Assembly (NCBI GenBank): GCA_963826715.1
Contig: CAWGYA010000005.1
Span: 125,239-189,238 of the forward strand
From: Candidatus Bathyarchaeota archaeon
Lineage (GTDB): Archaea; Thermoproteota; Bathyarchaeia; Bathyarchaeales; Bathycorpusculaceae
Length of the DNA stretch: 64,000 nt
Reading direction: 5' to 3'
Both the position numbers and the translations under genes were made by a program. The notes beneath the pieces were generated by a model. It was not told the DNA's origin, did no database searches, and saw only the letters and a program-made list of their open reading frames with translations. Shown here piece by piece: positions 59,900 through 64,000 of the stretch. Numbering within the stretch: position 1 is the first letter of the stretch; every line of letters begins with the position of its first letter.

Positions 59900-60928
59900 A
59901 TGAGTCAAGTCAACATACTAAAGGAAATCTTCGTCAACCGCACAGACTGCTACTGCATCCAGCTAAAACAAGGATACTCCAAAATAGCCGAGCCACTAAC
60001 CGACGAAACACTGCTTAAGCACCTGTCGGGCGAAATAACAGTAGGATCATACCAGCTTGACAGCTGCAGCTATGTTAAGTGGCTGTGCTTTGACTTTGAC
60101 CCTGAAAAGTTGCCTGACCCTAAAAACGCTGCGAAACAGGTCTTAGAAGTTCTATTGCAAAAGCGAAAAGAAGAGGACGGCATCGAGCGACCAAGAGTAT
60201 GGCCAAACTGCATCATCTTGGAAGCATCTCGTTACCCAGATTCCTCATACCACATATGGGTTCTCTTTCTCCTCCCGGTCAAAGCTAAAGTGGCAAAATG
60301 GCTAGGGCTTCGGGTCCTGGAAATGGCAAATCTAAACCCCAAATTAATGGAAGTTTTTCCAAAGCAGAATGAAGTCACCTCCGAAAAGCCCTATGGGAAC
60401 TTTGTTAAACTGCCCCTTGGCAAACACCAGGTCGAAGGCAAATGGAGCAGAATACTTGACGTTGAAACCTTCGAGCCGTTACCCAGCGAGGAACTAGAGA
60501 ACAAGCATGGTCTAAGCTTCAGTGAAAAAGACCTGGAAACTCTCGAAGCCATGGAAACCAAACGAAACGTCCAAGTCATGTTTGAAGCCCCGCAAACCTT
60601 CAAGAGGCTAAGCGACAAAGACCAAGAGAAAACAGTGCTGTTTCTAACTCGTTACTGGCAGCCAGGCTACAGAAACGACCTCTCTTTGAGCTTCTGCGGC
60701 ATGTGCATCAAACAAGGCATTAGCTGCGAGTCAGCAAAGCGGGTAATCGAAGAAGTCTGCAAGAGAACAGGCACCTCTTCGCTGGACACAGCGGAGTTTC
60801 TTGGCAAAGTAGACTACCAATTTACCCACCGCATGAAAATCGGAAACCTCAAGGGCACCTCAGGAATCCGAGACGTCGTAGATGCCATTCGCAGTGCAAA
60901 AGCATCTCAGAAGGAGCGAGGTCAATGA
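59900..60928 (+). CDS. archaeo-eukaryotic primase (primase-polymerase-like)
   Basis: HLSGEITVGSY, WLCFDFD, SYHIWV, EVFPKQ, GNFVKLPLG; C-terminal GYRND helical domain. Confidence 0.85.
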   Translation: MSQVNILKEIFVNRTDCYCIQLKQGYSKIAEPLTDETLLKHLSGEITVGSYQLDSCSYVKWLCFDFDPEKLPDPKNAAKQVLEVLLQKRKEEDGIERPRVWPNCIILEASRYPDSSYHIWVLFLLPVKAKVAKWLGLRVLEMANLNPKLMEVFPKQNEVTSEKPYGNFVKLPLGKHQVEGKWSRILDVETFEPLPSEELENKHGLSFSEKDLETLEAMETKRNVQVMFEAPQTFKRLSDKDQEKTVLFLTRYWQPGYRNDLSLSFCGMCIKQGISCESAKRVIEEVCKRTGTSSLDTAEFLGKVDYQFTHRMKIGNLKGTSGIRDVVDAIRSAKASQKERGQ

Positions 60929-62547
60929 TAAGCGGCAAACTAAATAAGATAGAGAAAGAGGTTGAAGAAAAAGACGTCTATATCCCAAGGCCCACAGTCG
61001 TCACCCCTCAGTTCATAGCAGAGGAAATTTGGAACCGAAGAGACCCGCCGCAATACCTAGTCTACCGCTTTAATGAAGACCGATTTGAAACACTATGGGA
61101 AATTTCTCTGGGAGAAACTAACGCCAAAGGGCAAAACATCATCTATACACCTGTCTTCAATGACTCACTCAAAAAAGGCTTAGTCATCGTCCCCACAGGA
61201 TACGCCGAAACTAGTTTTACGGAGATATTTCGGGAGATAGACGAATTTGCCCTTCTAAGCTACGACCCATGCGGCCAAGACGCACTCGTGAAACTGTTAT
61301 CAAGAATATGTGTTGGATCTTGGTTTCTTGATCGCTTCGTCGCCGACCCAGCCTATGATATAGCTGGCAGCGGAAAGTTTGCCCCAATAATTCCTATCCG
61401 TGGACCAAGCCAAAGCGGCAAAAACCGATTAGCCTTCGTTTTGCGACTGCTAAGCTACAAACCTTACTTTGAAATGTCCACATATAGAATCCCAAGCCTC
61501 TACCGCCCAATGGACCTATGGCAAGGCACCTTAGTGCTTGACGAGGCAGACTTTGCGAACACGAACGAGAAAAGCGAATTGGTTCATTTCCTAAACTGTC
61601 GGGCGACGGGAACGCCGTTGAGCAGGCAAAACCCAACCAACTGTAATATCACTGATACATTCAGCAACTTTGGCTTAACTATCCTAACGCAACGCAAACC
61701 CTTCGACGACAACGCAACAGAGAGCCGAGCCCTACCCTTCTACAGCGAAACCAGCGACAAAAAACTTCCAGTAATCGAAACCGATGAGATGCTCAAACGC
61801 GGGCTGGAACTGCAAAATAAGCTCCTCTATCTAAGGATGAAATACTACCGTCTTGTCACTATCAACAAGGAAGAATGGGTTAACGAATTATGTGACCACC
61901 GCTTAGTGGCTTCTCTACTTCCGCTTCTGGCTTTGAGTAACCATGAACCAAGCCTAAAGGAAACTATTACCAAGACAGCAAAAGAGGTTGAGAGGGCTAA
62001 AGTTGAAGAAAAAGCCAACAGCATGGACGGCTTAATCGTCAATTTCCTCTGGGAAAAAATAGGCGACCGCCTATTTGAGAAGTGGCGCCCAAACATCTTC
62101 TATTTCCTAGAAAAAACAGAAATTGAAACCGTTGGCGAAATAGAAACCGAGCATAAGACAGCTCTGACCACCAAACATCTTTCAGACCAATTCAAATGGA
62201 GCTCTCAAGCTATTCGCAAAGCATTGGCGAGTTTGGGAATCGTTGAAAAAGGCTTAGTTAACTCCGTTAAAGTAGACGGGCGCACTCAGCGGGTTATATT
62301 CTTCGATCCAGCAAGGCTTGAGAAGCGACTCAGAGAATTCGTAGTCAACTACAAACCCAACACGGTTACAGAAGTTACGGGAGTTACAGATTCTAAGCCC
62401 AGCCTACAAGACAGCCCTCTATTCAATGGTGGAACAAAAAGCGATGCACCGCCCAAAAAAACCGTAACTTCCGTAACTAGCGTAACCGAAGATCAACCTT
62501 CCGATTTTATGGACAACTTTGAACTGCCAGGAGACGAACCCGAATGA
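60925..62547 (+). CDS. P-loop NTPase, putative replicative helicase
   Basis: GPSQSGKN, LVLDEAD, ATESRAL; C-terminal wHTH-like region; coupled to the primase. Confidence 0.7.
   Translation: MISGKLNKIEKEVEEKDVYIPRPTVVTPQFIAEEIWNRRDPPQYLVYRFNEDRFETLWEISLGETNAKGQNIIYTPVFNDSLKKGLVIVPTGYAETSFTEIFREIDEFALLSYDPCGQDALVKLLSRICVGSWFLDRFVADPAYDIAGSGKFAPIIPIRGPSQSGKNRLAFVLRLLSYKPYFEMSTYRIPSLYRPMDLWQGTLVLDEADFANTNEKSELVHFLNCRATGTPLSRQNPTNCNITDTFSNFGLTILTQRKPFDDNATESRALPFYSETSDKKLPVIETDEMLKRGLELQNKLLYLRMKYYRLVTINKEEWVNELCDHRLVASLLPLLALSNHEPSLKETITKTAKEVERAKVEEKANSMDGLIVNFLWEKIGDRLFEKWRPNIFYFLEKTEIETVGEIETEHKTALTTKHLSDQFKWSSQAIRKALASLGIVEKGLVNSVKVDGRTQRVIFFDPARLEKRLREFVVNYKPNTVTEVTGVTDSKPSLQDSPLFNGGTKSDAPPKKTVTSVTSVTEDQPSDFMDNFELPGDEPE
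62363..62488. repeat. inverted 3x9-bp iteron-like arrays, candidate origin
   Basis: GTTAC at 62365/62374/62383 and GTAAC at 62464/62473/62482. Confidence 0.65.
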
Positions 62548-62687
62548 GTGAATCTTCCGCTGACTCTGAAGTTTACCCCGACGGCTATGAGGAAGCCTTA
62601 GCGGACTGCACCGTCCTAGCTGCACAACTCCTCAAAATGGCACTAAAAGCAGCAGAAACCAAAAACGGAAAACCCAGAGACGATTAG
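62544..62687 (+). CDS. small hypothetical protein (47 aa)
   Basis: ATGA overlap with the helicase stop. Confidence 0.45.
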   Translation: MSESSADSEVYPDGYEEALADCTVLAAQLLKMALKAAETKNGKPRDD

Positions 62688-62701
62688 GAGAGTGGGAGGG
62701 A

Positions 62702-63958
62702 ATGGCTGGACTTACACCGAAAGAAAGCATATTTGGCAACAAAGCCGAAACAGACGGTAAGTCGCCTCCAGGCGGAGACGTCGGCTCCAGCCCCCTATGC
62801 CCACGATGCCACTCCAAAAGAGTATGGAAAGACGCCAAACGCTACACACCTATTGGCTTTGAGATTCAACGCTGGTCCTGCAGAGACTGCGGAATGCGCT
62901 TCTCAGACCCAAACGACTCTAAAAGAGCCAAAGAAGCAGCGACTAGAGACGTTGAAACAGTTGATACGAAGTCATTAAAAAGCAAAACTGGCATAGTTAC
63001 TACTCGCCAAATATGCGTAACGGAGACGAAAAACTTGGCAGCAGAACAACAGAAACCTGAAGTTCTGCTTAGGAACGAAGCAGCGATAACCAACGGAAAA
63101 ATCGTCGAATACGAGTTCTGGATGCTGAAAAGAGGATATGCGCAGAGTACTATTGAAGGCAGAGTAAAAATCATGAAGCGCCTATTCAAGCTTGGAGCAA
63201 GCTTGTTTGACCCAGAGTCGATAAAAGATGTTCTAGCAAAACAGACATGGAGCGACGGCAGAAAAGAATACGTCACCGAAGCCTACACTAACTTTCTGAT
63301 AATGGTAGGCGGCAAATGGGATCCACCAAGATACTGCAGAGTTGAAAAGATACCTTTCATACCTACTGAACAAGAAATCGACCAACTCATCGCCGGATGC
63401 GGAGGAAAAACATCGGTAGTCCTTCAGATACTAAAGGAGACGGCAATGCGGATAGGTGAAGCTTGGAAACTCAAATGGATCGACATAGACTTCGTAAACT
63501 CAACCATACGAGTTACACCAGAAAAAGGCAGCCACGCCCGAATGTTCAAAATGTCAAGCAAATTACTGGCGATGATTTCAGCGCTCCCAAGAAAAACAGA
63601 TAAGCTATTCGGCACCTACGACTTAAGAGGATTCAGAAGCTCCTTTATTAAGCAACGCAAAAGAACTGCTAACAAGCTCGGAAATCCACGGATGATACAG
63701 ATAACATTTCACACCTTCCGCCACTGGAAAGCAACCATGGAATACCATAAGACCAAAGACATCTTACACGTCATGCGACTACTCGGTCACAAGAACATCA
63801 AAAACACGCTCATCTATACCCAGCTAGTAACTTTCGAAGATGACGAGTATATTTGTAAAACAGCCGAGAACGTAAAAGAAGCCAAAGAACTTATCGAAGC
63901 AGGCTACCAATACGTATGTGACATGGAGAGCCTAAAACTCTTCAGGAAACGAAAATGA
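62702..63958 (+). CDS. int: tyrosine integrase with N-terminal Zn ribbon
   Basis: CPRC...CRDC; TAMRIGE, HTFRH, LLGH, TLIY; ends ~24 bp from the att site. Confidence 0.93.
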   Translation: MAGLTPKESIFGNKAETDGKSPPGGDVGSSPLCPRCHSKRVWKDAKRYTPIGFEIQRWSCRDCGMRFSDPNDSKRAKEAATRDVETVDTKSLKSKTGIVTTRQICVTETKNLAAEQQKPEVLLRNEAAITNGKIVEYEFWMLKRGYAQSTIEGRVKIMKRLFKLGASLFDPESIKDVLAKQTWSDGRKEYVTEAYTNFLIMVGGKWDPPRYCRVEKIPFIPTEQEIDQLIAGCGGKTSVVLQILKETAMRIGEAWKLKWIDIDFVNSTIRVTPEKGSHARMFKMSSKLLAMISALPRKTDKLFGTYDLRGFRSSFIKQRKRTANKLGNPRMIQITFHTFRHWKATMEYHKTKDILHVMRLLGHKNIKNTLIYTQLVTFEDDEYICKTAENVKEAKELIEAGYQYVCDMESLKLFRKRK

Positions 63959-63982
63959 TGCAAAAGTATATGGATTTATCCA

Positions 63983-64000
63983 TGGAGCTGGGGATGGGAA
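63983..64000 (-). tRNA. 3' end of the target tRNA (right att site); the gene probably continues beyond the window; isotype undetermined (U73 fits Cys or Thr)
   Basis: Minus strand TTCCCATCCCCAGCTCCA, identical to the left att copy. Confidence 0.6.

Larger units (their letters stand above)
30320..64000. mobile_element. integrated tailed provirus (HK97-fold, Caudoviricetes-like), ~33.7 kb
   Basis: att direct repeat, integrase, terminase, portal, capsid, tail and replication genes; visibly GC-richer than the flanking host DNA. Confidence 0.93.

Noticed and set aside
1-64000. CRISPR array, cas genes, diversity-generating retroelement or retron
   Set aside because: No regularly spaced repeats, no reverse transcriptase motif and no template/variable repeat pair were seen.
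30320-64000. Gene transfer agent
   Set aside because: It retains att sites, integrase, primase and helicase, as expected for an autonomous provirus.

Overview
Archaeal DNA, probably Bathyarchaeia (inferred from Alba, a large PQQ-like beta-propeller surface protein and 'GHDIRNPLQ'-type kinases). 1-23.4 kb is host housekeeping: GNAT, SRPBCC, GT-C glycosyltransferase, a GlpA-like three-gene oxidoreductase operon, a CheB-CheR-PAS histidine kinase, ferredoxin, Alba, nitroreductase and CorA. 23.5-30.3 kb is a decayed accessory zone with pseudogenes, tRNA-end relics and a dead integrase. 30320-64000 is an apparently complete ~33.7 kb HK97-fold tailed provirus, bounded by a direct repeat of a tRNA 3' end, with an intact tyrosine integrase at the right end. 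Its morphogenesis genes form three blocks, each preceded by the same promoter-like motif, and host-like orphan sensor kinases sit between the blocks. It also carries a ParB/ABC-ATPase/GNAT module joined by a -1 slippery site, a neck protein fused to a putative alpha/alpha-barrel enzyme, a tape measure of only 180 aa, an S8 protease plus Hna-like helicase-nuclease pair, and an iteron-like inverted repeat inside the replication gene. All family calls come from motif recognition by eye; no database searches were run.
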